The notes under the pieces were generated by a model. The model was not told the DNA's origin. It saw only the letters and a list, made by a program, of their open reading frames with translations, and ran no database searches. Made by a program: the position numbers and the translations under genes. A DNA stretch of 64,000 bases from a virus. Below are positions 18,552 through 28,028 of the stretch, piece by piece (the first letter of the stretch is position 1; each line of letters starts with the position of its first letter). The stretch covers positions 32,001 to 96,000 of IMG/VR virus record IMGVR_UViG_3300048996_000163; one strand, written 5' to 3'.

Positions 18552-19169
18552 GTGGGCCTGAACACGAACGGCCGTCATGCCGCCCTCGCCGGGCTTGCCG
18601 CCGTCATCACCCACGTCTCCGCCCACACCGGCCTCCCCGACGCCAACGGCTCCAGCGAAGTCGTCGGCGGCGCGTACGCCCGCATCCCCGTCACGTGGGC
18701 GGCACCAGCCAGCGGCCTCCGCGGCAACACCGCCCTCCTGACGGTCGAGATCCCGGCCGGGACGACCGTCACCCACCTCGGCTTCTGGTCGGCGCTCACC
18801 GGCGGCACCCACTACGGGCACTCCCCCGTCAACCCGGCCGTCGACGGGTACGGGCTCGTCGGGTCGAACGGTGTCGCCATCGACTCCGCCACCGCCCTCG
18901 GTCACGGCCTCGTCGACGGCAGGCGGGTCGCGTTCCTGCCCTCCGCCGGTGACGCCCTGCCAGGTGGGATGTCCGCCGCGGTCCTCTACCACGTCGTCAG
19001 CGCCGGAACCGATACGTTCTCAATCTCGCTGACATCCGGCGGCGCCGCGGTCGACCTCACCAGCCAGGGCAAGTTCTACTTCCAGAGCTGCACCCCCGAG
19101 GTGTTCGCCGGCGCGGGCCAGCTGACGATCGCCGCCGGTGCGCTGCTGCTCGACGGTACCCTTACCTGA
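18552..19169 (+). CDS. Putative structural protein with inserted beta domain
   Basis: SAHTGLP...GGAYAR..VTW...THLGFWSALTGGT; insert HGLVDG...LPGG...YHVV...FSISLTSGG. Confidence 0.65.
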   Translation: MGLNTNGRHAALAGLAAVITHVSAHTGLPDANGSSEVVGGAYARIPVTWAAPASGLRGNTALLTVEIPAGTTVTHLGFWSALTGGTHYGHSPVNPAVDGYGLVGSNGVAIDSATALGHGLVDGRRVAFLPSAGDALPGGMSAAVLYHVVSAGTDTFSISLTSGGAAVDLTSQGKFYFQSCTPEVFAGAGQLTIAAGALLLDGTLT

Positions 19170-19170
19170 G

Positions 19171-20310
19171 ATGACGAGCTCGGCGCTGACGTTCGCTGTC
19201 GGCGGGTCGGTCACAGCGGTCAAGGCCGCGAAGGTCGGTACGCAACTCCCGTTCGCCGTGGGCGGCACCGCGGCCACCGGGCAAGGCACCGTCCGGGGCG
19301 TCACCAGCACGCTGGCGTTCGCGGTCACCATCGCAATCCCGGGCGTCGCGTACAACGCGGTCGGCTGGGACGAGGAGTACGCGCCCACCGAACTCCAGTG
19401 GCTGCGGACCTGCGCCAAAGCCCACTGGGACCTGACCGACGACGACCTCGGCATCAAGGGCAACGAGCTCCACGACTACGGGCGGCACCGTTCGCACCGG
19501 TGGCTGCTCGGCCATGGTCGCGCCGACGACTACTCGATCCAGGACCCCCGCGACCGCTCCCCGGACCGCGACGTCCTCGCCGCCCTCGACATCTCCCTAC
19601 CCCCGGACCTGCTCGCCGAGGCGTGCGCGGCACTGCTCGCCGCGTCGCACGCAAGGACGCTCCCGCCGCAGATCGCCGAGTGGTTCGGGACCGTCGACGG
19701 GGTTCACGTTGTCGGCTGGGACGTCATCGACAACGCCCCCGCCACCTCCGACACGTCGCACCTCTTCCACCTGCACCTCGGCTTCTTCCGCGCTTTCACC
19801 AACCTCGACCACGCGGCAGTTCTAAGGCTGATCCTGGGGGCTCGCGTGGACGACGGGACGTTCAACATCGCGCTCGGCCGGTGGATGTACCTCATCGGTC
19901 TGGCAGCCGCCGGGACCGGCGCACTGACGGTGGCGCTGCTGCGTTCGGCGCAGATCGACGGGCTGCTCCGCGAACACGACACGCTCGCCGACGTCCTCGC
20001 TGGCAGTGGCACGGTCGAGGCGGACTTCACCGGCTACGCGCGCAAGACCGTCACTAGCGGCATCGCGGCAACCGTCGTCGACGCCTCCAACTGGGTCAAC
20101 GCCACCATCCCCGCGCAGACGTGGAACCCGGCCGGTGGCGCGGTCAACAACACGCTCGTGAAGCTGCTCGCCTGCTGGAGCCCGACGGTCGGCGCCCCCG
20201 ACTCGCAGGTCATCCCGCTGACATTCCACCGGTTCACGACCACCACCGACGGTGTCACGCCGCTGGTGTGGCAGCCGCCGACGGCAGGGTTCGGACGGGC
20301 GGCCGGCTGA
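19171..20310 (+). CDS. Structural protein fused to an endolysin-like Zn-peptidase domain
   Basis: H..GRH, DYS..DPRD, AALDI and HLFHLHLGFFR motifs parallel those of 31812-32792; C-terminal EADFTGYARKT structural domain. Confidence 0.6.
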   Translation: MTSSALTFAVGGSVTAVKAAKVGTQLPFAVGGTAATGQGTVRGVTSTLAFAVTIAIPGVAYNAVGWDEEYAPTELQWLRTCAKAHWDLTDDDLGIKGNELHDYGRHRSHRWLLGHGRADDYSIQDPRDRSPDRDVLAALDISLPPDLLAEACAALLAASHARTLPPQIAEWFGTVDGVHVVGWDVIDNAPATSDTSHLFHLHLGFFRAFTNLDHAAVLRLILGARVDDGTFNIALGRWMYLIGLAAAGTGALTVALLRSAQIDGLLREHDTLADVLAGSGTVEADFTGYARKTVTSGIAATVVDASNWVNATIPAQTWNPAGGAVNNTLVKLLACWSPTVGAPDSQVIPLTFHRFTTTTDGVTPLVWQPPTAGFGRAAG

Positions 20311-20462
20311 TGCCGACGGTCACGACCCTGCAGGCCGTGGAGATGTCCCGGCCCATACCGGCGCCCGCCACGGTTCCTGTGCCCGCCGACCACATTCGCC
20401 CCGTGCTGTCGACCCCGTGGCATCGCACTGGCGTCATCCGCACCCGCCACTGAGGAGGTGCC

Positions 20463-21206
20463 GTGGCCGACGACTTTGCCGTCCCGTATCTCGACGTGTA
20501 CCCGTACGACGACACGACCGCGGTCACGCTCGAGGTCCGGCCGCCCGGCGTGACGCCGTACGACGCGGGCACATGCACCCCGTCGCTCGTCACCGTCGAC
20601 ATCGACGACACCCCGACCCTCGTTCAGCGGTGGACGGCACCGCCGGTTCCGTATGGCGCGCCGTTCGGGTACTGGGTGTTCGCGTGGGAGATCACCGGCA
20701 CCGGCGCGGACGCTCCCGAGCAGCGCTTCCACGTCCCGCCCCCGCCGAGCAGTGGCGGGCCGACGTGGGTGCCGTCACGTGCGCGAGTCGCGACGTACAT
20801 CCCCGAGCGGACCGTCGAGGTCAACCGGCTGTCCGGCGGCGCGCCAGTTCTGGACTTCACAGACGACACGCGGCCGACATCGACACAAGTCGATCAGCAG
20901 ATCGAGGACGCGGTCGGCTGGGTCACCGTCACCTGCGGTGACGTCCACAGCGACCTGTTCGAAGCCGCCCGAGGGGTCGCGGCGATCCGCGCTGCGGGCA
21001 TGGCAGAGATCTCCTGGCCGGTCCGCGACGGCGACATCAACGCCGGTCAGGCGCTCCTCACGCAGGCGGACAACGCGTTGAAGGCGCTCGCGGCTCGCAA
21101 CGAATCGTTGACCGGCGTCGATCCGGACGACCCGGATGCGGTGTTTGAGGTCGTTCCGGTCTTCAGCTTCCCGCCGCAGGGCCGCTGCAGCGACTACATC
21201 TTCTGA
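20463..21206 (+). CDS. Head-to-tail adaptor-like protein
   Basis: FTDDTRPTSTQVDQQI motif; GAGGAGG RBS; position. Confidence 0.6.
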   Translation: MADDFAVPYLDVYPYDDTTAVTLEVRPPGVTPYDAGTCTPSLVTVDIDDTPTLVQRWTAPPVPYGAPFGYWVFAWEITGTGADAPEQRFHVPPPPSSGGPTWVPSRARVATYIPERTVEVNRLSGGAPVLDFTDDTRPTSTQVDQQIEDAVGWVTVTCGDVHSDLFEAARGVAAIRAAGMAEISWPVRDGDINAGQALLTQADNALKALAARNESLTGVDPDDPDAVFEVVPVFSFPPQGRCSDYIF

Positions 21207-21221
21207 CCGAGAGGTAACGCC

Positions 21222-21551
21222 ATGACGTTGCGCACGCCCGCGCAGGTGATCGACTTCGACGGCGAGCTCGCCGCGCCGTACTCGCCGACCGTCTCCGACA
21301 CGTTCAGCATCAACGACCTCCCCGGCATTTTGGAGATCAACAACGCTTCGGGCGGGTCGATCAACTACACGCTCGTCGACGGCGGACGCACCGGCGCCGG
21401 CACCGCAGCCGCAGCACTCACCCCCGTTGCGATCGCCGCGGGCGCGAAGCGGCGCTTCAAGCTCACCAAGGACTACGCCGACTCCACCGGCGTCGTCACC
21501 GTCACCCTGTCCGCCGTGACCACGGTGACGGCCGAGTTCTACAAGCTCTGA
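21222..21551 (+). CDS. Small virion protein
   Basis: Operon position, RBS, beta-rich. Confidence 0.55.
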   Translation: MTLRTPAQVIDFDGELAAPYSPTVSDTFSINDLPGILEINNASGGSINYTLVDGGRTGAGTAAAALTPVAIAAGAKRRFKLTKDYADSTGVVTVTLSAVTTVTAEFYKL

Positions 21552-21556
21552 CGTCC

Positions 21557-21952
21557 GTGGCCAGCGACGGCGAACTCATCATCAACGAGTCGGAGATGCA
21601 CCAGCTGCTCCGCGGCGAGACCGGCGAGGTCATGCAGGAACTCCGCAAGCTCGCCAGGGACGTCGAGCGGGGCGCGAAACGCCGCACCCACGGACGCATC
21701 GCCGCCGGCGTCAAAGCCCACTCGCCAGGGGTGGACGGCGAGGCGTACGTCGACATCGAGACCGGCGCCGAGGACGAGCACGGCGCGCCGATCGGCCTGT
21801 ACACGGAGGTCGGCACCCGCCCCCACGTCATCGAATCCCGCGGCGACTACCCGCTGCGGTCCGCGACCGGGCAGGTCTTCGGCAAGAAGGTCAACCACCC
21901 CGGCACCCAAGCGCAGCCGCACCTGAGGCCAGCCCTCTACGACTTCGACTGA
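21557..21952 (+). CDS. Neck/tail-completion protein (HK97 gp10-like)
   Basis: EVGTRPHVI...KVNHPGTQAQPHLRPAL. Confidence 0.75.
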   Translation: MASDGELIINESEMHQLLRGETGEVMQELRKLARDVERGAKRRTHGRIAAGVKAHSPGVDGEAYVDIETGAEDEHGAPIGLYTEVGTRPHVIESRGDYPLRSATGQVFGKKVNHPGTQAQPHLRPALYDFD

Positions 21953-21963
21953 GGCGGTGCCAG

Positions 21964-22371
21964 GTGGACGGCTACGTCGACGCGCTCGCCGCCTACTGCA
22001 CCCACATCAACGCTTCGGCGATCGTCGGCGCAGGTAAGGCGCTCAGCAATGGCGTCCGGTTCGATCAGCGCCCCCGCTCCCCCGCGTCAGGCGCCATCGG
22101 GTTCGTCACCTGGATCGCCTCGCCGTGGGAGTCGTCCGAAGGCGACCTGCACACCGCACTCCTGTCCACGACCGTCCTCGGCACCACTGAGGACAACGCC
22201 CGCAAAGCAGCGGTCGCGCTCGCGAACCTCCTCCGCAACCTCGACGGCGACCCGGTCAACGGCGCCGACGGGGTCCTGCTCTGCGTCGAGCAGGTCACCG
22301 GCCCTTCCCTGCTGCCCGGCAACGAATACGCATACCTCGTCGACGCCCTCTGTAATTTCCAGCCCGCATAG
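21964..22371 (+). CDS. Tail terminator-like protein
   Basis: Size and position between neck gene and major tail gene. Confidence 0.55.
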   Translation: MDGYVDALAAYCTHINASAIVGAGKALSNGVRFDQRPRSPASGAIGFVTWIASPWESSEGDLHTALLSTTVLGTTEDNARKAAVALANLLRNLDGDPVNGADGVLLCVEQVTGPSLLPGNEYAYLVDALCNFQPA

Positions 22372-22379
22372 GAGGCGCC

Positions 22380-22841
22380 GTGGCGCGCTATGTCGCCGTC
22401 CAGCCCATCTACTTCGGCAACGCGCTCGCGTTCGCCGCCGGCAGCCAGGTCCCCGAGGACCACGTCGAACGGTTCGGGTACCTCGACGCCGGTTTCGTCC
22501 AGCAGGTCGACGACGACCACCGCGGCGACGCCCCGGACCTGGTGGCCGCGCAACCAGACAACACTCCGCCGCCGCTGACCCAGGCGCGGTTCCTCGACGA
22601 GGCCGCGCTGCGGGTGGACCGAGCGCAGCGGGACTTCGCTGCGGCGCAGGTCGCAGGTGGCCGGCCCGCCGTAGTCGCCGAAGACGGCGACGAGGTCGCG
22701 GTCCCACTCGCCGCACTTCGGTCACGCGTCGCCGCCGAGATGGACCGGGCGCCCGATGTGGCGGACGCCACGAAGCCCCGCACCGCGAAAGCCAAGCCCG
22801 GCACGGGCGACACCACCACCAACCCCGTGAAGGAGGGCTGA
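22380..22841 (+). CDS. Hypothetical protein
   Basis: GGAGG RBS; YVAVQPIY..NALAF..G..VP.DHVERFG N-terminus. Confidence 0.6.
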   Translation: MARYVAVQPIYFGNALAFAAGSQVPEDHVERFGYLDAGFVQQVDDDHRGDAPDLVAAQPDNTPPPLTQARFLDEAALRVDRAQRDFAAAQVAGGRPAVVAEDGDEVAVPLAALRSRVAAEMDRAPDVADATKPRTAKAKPGTGDTTTNPVKEG

Positions 22842-22842
22842 C

Positions 22843-23430
22843 ATGGCGATCACCCTGTCCAAGCCGCTGGTATCAATCGGTGCCGGCTACCTGCTGTGGG
22901 CGCTGCTCGGTACCAGCGAACCGGCATCCAATGCTGTCGGCGGCGTGTTCAACGACTCGTGGCCGGTCGGCTGGAACCTGTTCGGCGCCACCGATTCGGG
23001 CAGCGTCTTCTCGTACCAGATGAACGTCGAGGCGGTTGAGGCGGCCGAATTCTTCGACCCGGTCAGCTACGAGCTCGAGTCCCGCGCCGGAAAGTTCGAG
23101 GCGGCCCTCATCTCTATCAACGCCACGAACATGGCCGCCGCGTTGAACGGCGGGCAGAAGATCACGACCGGCAGTGGCTCCACGCTGAAGACCATCGTCC
23201 GGCCGCCGCAGCCCGGCGCCGAAACTCGGATCATGCTCGGCTGGGAAGCCCGCGACGCCAAGGAACGTCTGGTCATGCGGCAGTGCTTCAACGGCGGGGA
23301 GATCAGCGTCAACCGTGGTCGCGGCGCCGGGAACAAGAGCAAGATCCCGCTCAGCTACATGTTCGAAATCCCGGACACCGGCACGACCGAACCGTTTGAT
23401 CATGTTTTCGCCGGCACGCGGGCGGTCTGA
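22843..23430 (+). CDS. Major tail protein
   Basis: IGAGYL, W..FGATDSG, E.FDPV motifs; upstream of chaperone and tape measure genes. Confidence 0.8.
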   Translation: MAITLSKPLVSIGAGYLLWALLGTSEPASNAVGGVFNDSWPVGWNLFGATDSGSVFSYQMNVEAVEAAEFFDPVSYELESRAGKFEAALISINATNMAAALNGGQKITTGSGSTLKTIVRPPQPGAETRIMLGWEARDAKERLVMRQCFNGGEISVNRGRGAGNKSKIPLSYMFEIPDTGTTEPFDHVFAGTRAV

Positions 23431-23431
23431 C

Positions 23432-23998
23432 GTGGCCAAACTCGGCTCGTTCTCCGTCGTCCAGAAGACCGCCGCCGCCAGCGACGGCAAACCCCGCGAA
23501 CCCGACACCTTCGAGTTCGAAGGCGAAGACTTCCGCGTCGTCGACACCGTCCCGTCGCTGCTGCCGCTAATGCAGTTCGCCGCAGCGATGGCTGCGACCG
23601 ACGACGGCAGCATCGACATGAACGGCCTCGCCGCCATGTACAACATGCTGCGCTACTGCATCGAACCCGCCGACTGGGCACGGTTCGAGAGGCTCGCCAT
23701 GAAGGCCAAAGCGGGCGCCGAGGACCTCCTCCCGATCACCGAGACGGTCTGGGAGGCCGTCACGTCGCGCCCTACGAACGGTCCGTCCGGCTCGCCGGAT
23801 GGGCCGTCGAACACTTCGACATCCTCGAGGGCAGGATCGCACTCACCCACGGACCCGCGCTCCGGCACGGACCGGTCGACGGGGCGCCCCTCGGTCATCG
23901 AAGGCGTCGCCACCGAGAACCCGGACGCGTGGGCTCCGCCGCCCGGCCGGCCGGACCTGTCGGCGCAGCTGACGCCGGTGGGGAACCTGGCCGCCTGA
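23432..23998 (+). CDS. Tail assembly chaperone (short form)
   Basis: Between major tail and tape measure genes; RPT followed by a Ser-rich tail. Confidence 0.75.
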   Translation: MAKLGSFSVVQKTAAASDGKPREPDTFEFEGEDFRVVDTVPSLLPLMQFAAAMAATDDGSIDMNGLAAMYNMLRYCIEPADWARFERLAMKAKAGAEDLLPITETVWEAVTSRPTNGPSGSPDGPSNTSTSSRAGSHSPTDPRSGTDRSTGRPSVIEGVATENPDAWAPPPGRPDLSAQLTPVGNLAA

Positions 23999-24180
23999 CC
24001 GGCTGGCTCGTCGAGTGGCCGGCCACGACGCTGCTCAACGTGATCTACGCGCTGCTGATCGAGCACGCGAACGAAGAGCAGATCGCCGAGATCGAGAAGA
24101 GCCTCACCGCGTCATCCGACTCCGGCGACCCTGACGACCTCGCCGCGATCCTCGCCCGCGCCATCGCCGACGACGAATAG
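23770..24180 (+). CDS. Tail assembly chaperone -1 frameshift extension
   Basis: -1 frame open from CGC-CCT-ACG, reading PYERSVRLAGWAVEHFDILEG...LLNVIYALLIE; no good independent start. Confidence 0.65.
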   Translation, partial: PYERSVRLAGWAVEHFDILEGRIALTHGPALRHGPVDGAPLGHRRRRHREPGRVGSAARPAGPVGAADAGGEPGRLTGWLVEWPATTLLNVIYALLIEHANEEQIAEIEKSLTASSDSGDPDDLAAILARAIADDE

Positions 24181-24188
24181 CGCTGGGG

Positions 24189-26651
24189 GTGCCCGTGGCA
24201 GCCCTTGCGACCCGGTATGTCCGTATTGCGGTCCAGCCCGGTTTCGCCGCACGGTTCCGGGACGCCGGGAACGACGCCGGGGCGGAGTTCGCCCGATCGT
24301 TCCGGCTACGCGCACAGGCCGCCCTCGCTGGGTTCAACCCGCGGGTCAGGGTCCAGCTCGACGTCGACTCGTTCAACCGACCCGTCCTGCCGCCGATCAA
24401 CTTGCGCGTCGGGTTCGACATGTCGCAGGCGGTCGCCGCCGGTCGCCGTGCCGCAGCGGTAGCCAACGCCGCCGCAGGGCCGATCAACCTCCGCGTCGAC
24501 GGCGGCAGTGGCCTCGGCAACATGTTCGGCCTGGTGAATGTCGCGGGCAGCGCGATCCACTCGCTGTCGATCAACCTCACCGAGGTCACGAACAACATGA
24601 CGCAGGCGGCGTCGTCGGCGGGGAGCTTCGCCAGTTCACTGACGAATCTGGGCGGCCCGATTGGTCAGGCGGTCGGCGTCGCCAAGGTCGTGTTCATCAT
24701 CGCGGCGCTGCCCGCGGTCGCGATGGCCGCTACGGCCGCCCTGTACACGCTCGGCGGTGCGCTCGGGTCGCTGCCTGCGGTGTCGGTGGGGTTGGGGTTC
24801 AGTGTCGGCGCGCTCGGCCTCGGGTTCATGGGACTCGCGGACCATTTGAGGTCCGTCCCGAAGGCGGGCGGCGGCGCATCGAAGTCCCTCGCCGCGCTGC
24901 ACAACGCCATGCGGTCCGTGACGCGCGCGCAGCGGGAGCTGACGAAAGCCACCCTCGACATTGACAAGGCGCGCGCCGACGAGATCGAACGCATCGACGA
25001 TCTTGGACGGGCGTTGCGAGGTTCGGTCCTCGACGAGGAGGACGCAGCAGCCGCCGTCGCGAAGGCCCGGACCGAGCTCGCAGCAGCCAAGGCAGCCGGT
25101 GACCCCAACGCGATCGGTGAGGCGGACCGCGCCTACCGGCGGTCCCTGCTCACCCTCGAAGAGGCCCGCGACAAAACCGGCGACCTGGCGGACGAGAAGG
25201 CGAAATCCGACGCCGACGGGGTCGAAGGCTCCGACCAGGTACAGAAGGCCCTCGAACGGCAACGCGACGCGGTCGACGCGTTGACCGCCGCACAGGAAGC
25301 CCTGGCCGAGGCGCAGAAGTCCGGCGGCGGTGGCGGCGCGGCACGGCAGCTGATGAAGCTCGCGCCAGCTGCCGAAGAGGTCGTGGCGAAGCTGAAGCAG
25401 TTGAAGCCGGTGTTTGAGGACATCCGGCTCGCCGTGCAGCAGTCCCTATTCAAGGGTGTGGCGCCGGAATTGCAGCGGCTCGCGGACGCGTGGAAGCAGC
25501 CGCTGAAGTCGACGCTGACGTCGTACGCGTCGACGTTCAACTCGATGTTCATGAACCTCGGCAAGTCGGTCCGGAACCCCGAGTTCATCAAGAACATCAC
25601 GTCGGGCGCGGAGACCGTCCGCACGAACATCGACAAGATCGGAAAGGCGATCACGGGGCCGCTTGTCGACGCGTTCGGCCGGCTGGCGAGGGCCGCGAAG
25701 CCGTTCGTTGACATGCTCGGCGACAAGATCGCGGGGATGGTCGAGCACTTCTCCGACTGGATCAAATCTGCGGACGAGTCCGGCAACCTGACGAAGTTTT
25801 TCGAGGATGCCAGCTACTACTTGGATTTGATCTGGCAGATCGGTGGCAATGTCCTCGGCCTGTTCGGCGACATCTTCGCGATCATCTTCAACACGAAGGA
25901 CCAGGGCGGGACGAAGCCGTGGCTGGAAGGCTTCAACGAGCAGCTACTGATGCTGCGGGAGTGGCTGAAGGACCCCGAGAACCAGAAGCGGATCAAGGAC
26001 TTCATCGACCGGATCGGCGACCTTGTCCGGCACGCTGAAGAGTTCACCCTCTGGGTGACGGAGAAGGGCCTCCCCGCCCTGGACCAGCTGATTGACAACT
26101 TCGGGAAGACCTCCAACGCGATCTCCGATGTGATCGGCTGGATCCAGACGTACATCGGCTGGTGGCAGCGACTCAGGGACCGGCTACTCGCCCCGCTCAA
26201 CTTCGGCGGCATGTTCGACGGGCTGTACAGCGCGTTCAAGTGGGCAGTCAACAACATCATCTACGCCTGGAACCGGCTGAGTTTCACCGTCCCGAGCATC
26301 TCCGCGTGGGGTTTCTCGACACCGTCGTTCACCGTCAACACCTCGGACGTCAAGCCACTAGCCAAGGGCGGCGTCGCACGCGCCACCCCGGGCGGCATCA
26401 CCGCGCAGATCGCTGAGGGCGGCAAGGATGAGGCGGTCGCGCCCGTCGACGTCCTCATGGGCTACATCACGACCGCTGTCGCTGCGGCTATCGGTCAGGG
26501 CGGTCAGGGCGGCGACATCGTCATCCCGATCTACATGTTCCCGAACGCCGCCGAGTATGACCGGTTCGTCATCGGCGCCGCCGAACGGAACAGCGGCACC
26601 ATCGCGAAGATCGCCAACGCGGGGAACAAGAGCATCAAGTACGCAACCTGA
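24189..26651 (+). CDS. Tape measure protein
   Basis: 820 aa, Ala-rich helical, hydrophobic segment, periodic W/F residues, C-terminal LAKGG...AEGGKDEAVAP. Confidence 0.9.
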   Translation: MPVAALATRYVRIAVQPGFAARFRDAGNDAGAEFARSFRLRAQAALAGFNPRVRVQLDVDSFNRPVLPPINLRVGFDMSQAVAAGRRAAAVANAAAGPINLRVDGGSGLGNMFGLVNVAGSAIHSLSINLTEVTNNMTQAASSAGSFASSLTNLGGPIGQAVGVAKVVFIIAALPAVAMAATAALYTLGGALGSLPAVSVGLGFSVGALGLGFMGLADHLRSVPKAGGGASKSLAALHNAMRSVTRAQRELTKATLDIDKARADEIERIDDLGRALRGSVLDEEDAAAAVAKARTELAAAKAAGDPNAIGEADRAYRRSLLTLEEARDKTGDLADEKAKSDADGVEGSDQVQKALERQRDAVDALTAAQEALAEAQKSGGGGGAARQLMKLAPAAEEVVAKLKQLKPVFEDIRLAVQQSLFKGVAPELQRLADAWKQPLKSTLTSYASTFNSMFMNLGKSVRNPEFIKNITSGAETVRTNIDKIGKAITGPLVDAFGRLARAAKPFVDMLGDKIAGMVEHFSDWIKSADESGNLTKFFEDASYYLDLIWQIGGNVLGLFGDIFAIIFNTKDQGGTKPWLEGFNEQLLMLREWLKDPENQKRIKDFIDRIGDLVRHAEEFTLWVTEKGLPALDQLIDNFGKTSNAISDVIGWIQTYIGWWQRLRDRLLAPLNFGGMFDGLYSAFKWAVNNIIYAWNRLSFTVPSISAWGFSTPSFTVNTSDVKPLAKGGVARATPGGITAQIAEGGKDEAVAPVDVLMGYITTAVAAAIGQGGQGGDIVIPIYMFPNAAEYDRFVIGAAERNSGTIAKIANAGNKSIKYAT

Positions 26652-27053
26652 TCACTTGTTGCAGGCGTCATACGCCTTGCCGAACCCCGGATCGCTGGCC
26701 ACCTCACCGCCGACCGCATGGTACGGCTCACCGTCGCGTCCCCACCCGCGCGCGGCACCCGTCGACGCGTCGACGGTGTACAGGCGACCACCGTCAGCAC
26801 ACCGTTGCGAGCCGACGATCTGCACACCGCCGTCCGGGTCGAGGCAGCCGACGGAAGCCTGCTCCACGCTGTAGCGGATCACCTTCCCCGGCACGAACAC
26901 GTCCGCGCACTTCGGTCGCGGAGGCTGCGAAGCGAACGCCGGCATCGTGCCACCCGCCGGGCCGGTCCCCCCGTCGCCGCTCGCGTCCGAGGGGTCATCA
27001 CCGCACCCGGCGAGCGCGAACAGCAGAACGGCAGCGGGCAGGGCGCGACGCAT
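26652..27053 (-). CDS. Lipoprotein, antisense within the tail operon
   Basis: MRRALPAAVLLFALAG-C lipobox; four further Cys. Confidence 0.75.
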   Translation of the reverse strand: MRRALPAAVLLFALAGCGDDPSDASGDGGTGPAGGTMPAFASQPPRPKCADVFVPGKVIRYSVEQASVGCLDPDGGVQIVGSQRCADGGRLYTVDASTGAARGWGRDGEPYHAVGGEVASDPGFGKAYDACNK

Positions 27054-27149
27054 CGATCCTCCACGGTGTCGGGGATCCCCGATCCTGCCGCCACTCGCCG
27101 CAATCGGCCAGCCCCTGTCAGCTACAAGAGGTCCGCCAGACGGGGGTGA

Positions 27150-28028
27150 GTGGTGACTTTCTGGCTGGGCGCACCCGCGTCCGTACTCACCGCGCTCCCC
27201 CACCCGGGCAGGGGACTCGACGCGCCGCTGAACATCCCGACGAACCCACGCCAGACGATCGGCGGTGGCCTCGCCGTCGACCGGGCGCCCAAAGGTACCC
27301 GGACGTACGAATTGGCCTGGACGTCGCTGAGCCCCGAGCAGCACTCGATCGTCGAAGAGTTCCAGCACGGCGCCCGCGGGCGCGGCCCGTTCATCCTCCT
27401 CGACCCGTGGCGACGTAACCACCTCACCGCCAACCAGTCCTCGGCGACATCGACGTGGAACACCACCACCGGGTTCACGCCGTCCGCGTCGGAGACCGTC
27501 GCATCCGCGACCACCCCGGTCCGCCGCGGCCCACGAGCCCTCGCGTGGACGATCCCGTCGAGCTCCACCGCCGGCATCCTCACCATCACCCCACCGTCCG
27601 GGCACACGATGTGGCCCACCCCCGCCCTCGCGACGTGGACGTTCAGCGCGTGGGTCCGCGGCGGCGGCACCGACCCGATCGTCACCATCGGCTCCGACAT
27701 CGTCTGGCTGGACACGGCCGGCGCGACCCTGTCCACGGCGACCGGGTCGACGATCGCGTCGGCGTCCGGCGCCTACGCGCAGATCTCGCAGATCTCGACC
27801 GCCCCCGCCGGTGCGGTCGGGTTCAACCTGCGACTACGGGTCACCCCCGCCTCGGTGTCCGCATCCGCGACCCTCTACGTCGACCAGCCGCAACTCGACA
27901 TGTACAACGGCGTCCGCAACTGGGTGTTCGGGACCGGCGTCCCCCTCGTCTCGTGCACAGCGAAGGGCACCGCGTACCGCAAGCCGGTCAAGAACTCGGC
28001 CAGCCTCACCCTCGCCGAGGTGGGTTGA
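27150..28028 (+). CDS. Distal tail protein with carbohydrate-binding-like insert
   Basis: First + gene after tape measure; GPFILLDPWRRNHL; beta-sandwich WTFSAWVR...APAGA...LYVD. Confidence 0.65.
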   Translation: MVTFWLGAPASVLTALPHPGRGLDAPLNIPTNPRQTIGGGLAVDRAPKGTRTYELAWTSLSPEQHSIVEEFQHGARGRGPFILLDPWRRNHLTANQSSATSTWNTTTGFTPSASETVASATTPVRRGPRALAWTIPSSSTAGILTITPPSGHTMWPTPALATWTFSAWVRGGGTDPIVTIGSDIVWLDTAGATLSTATGSTIASASGAYAQISQISTAPAGAVGFNLRLRVTPASVSASATLYVDQPQLDMYNGVRNWVFGTGVPLVSCTAKGTAYRKPVKNSASLTLAEVG

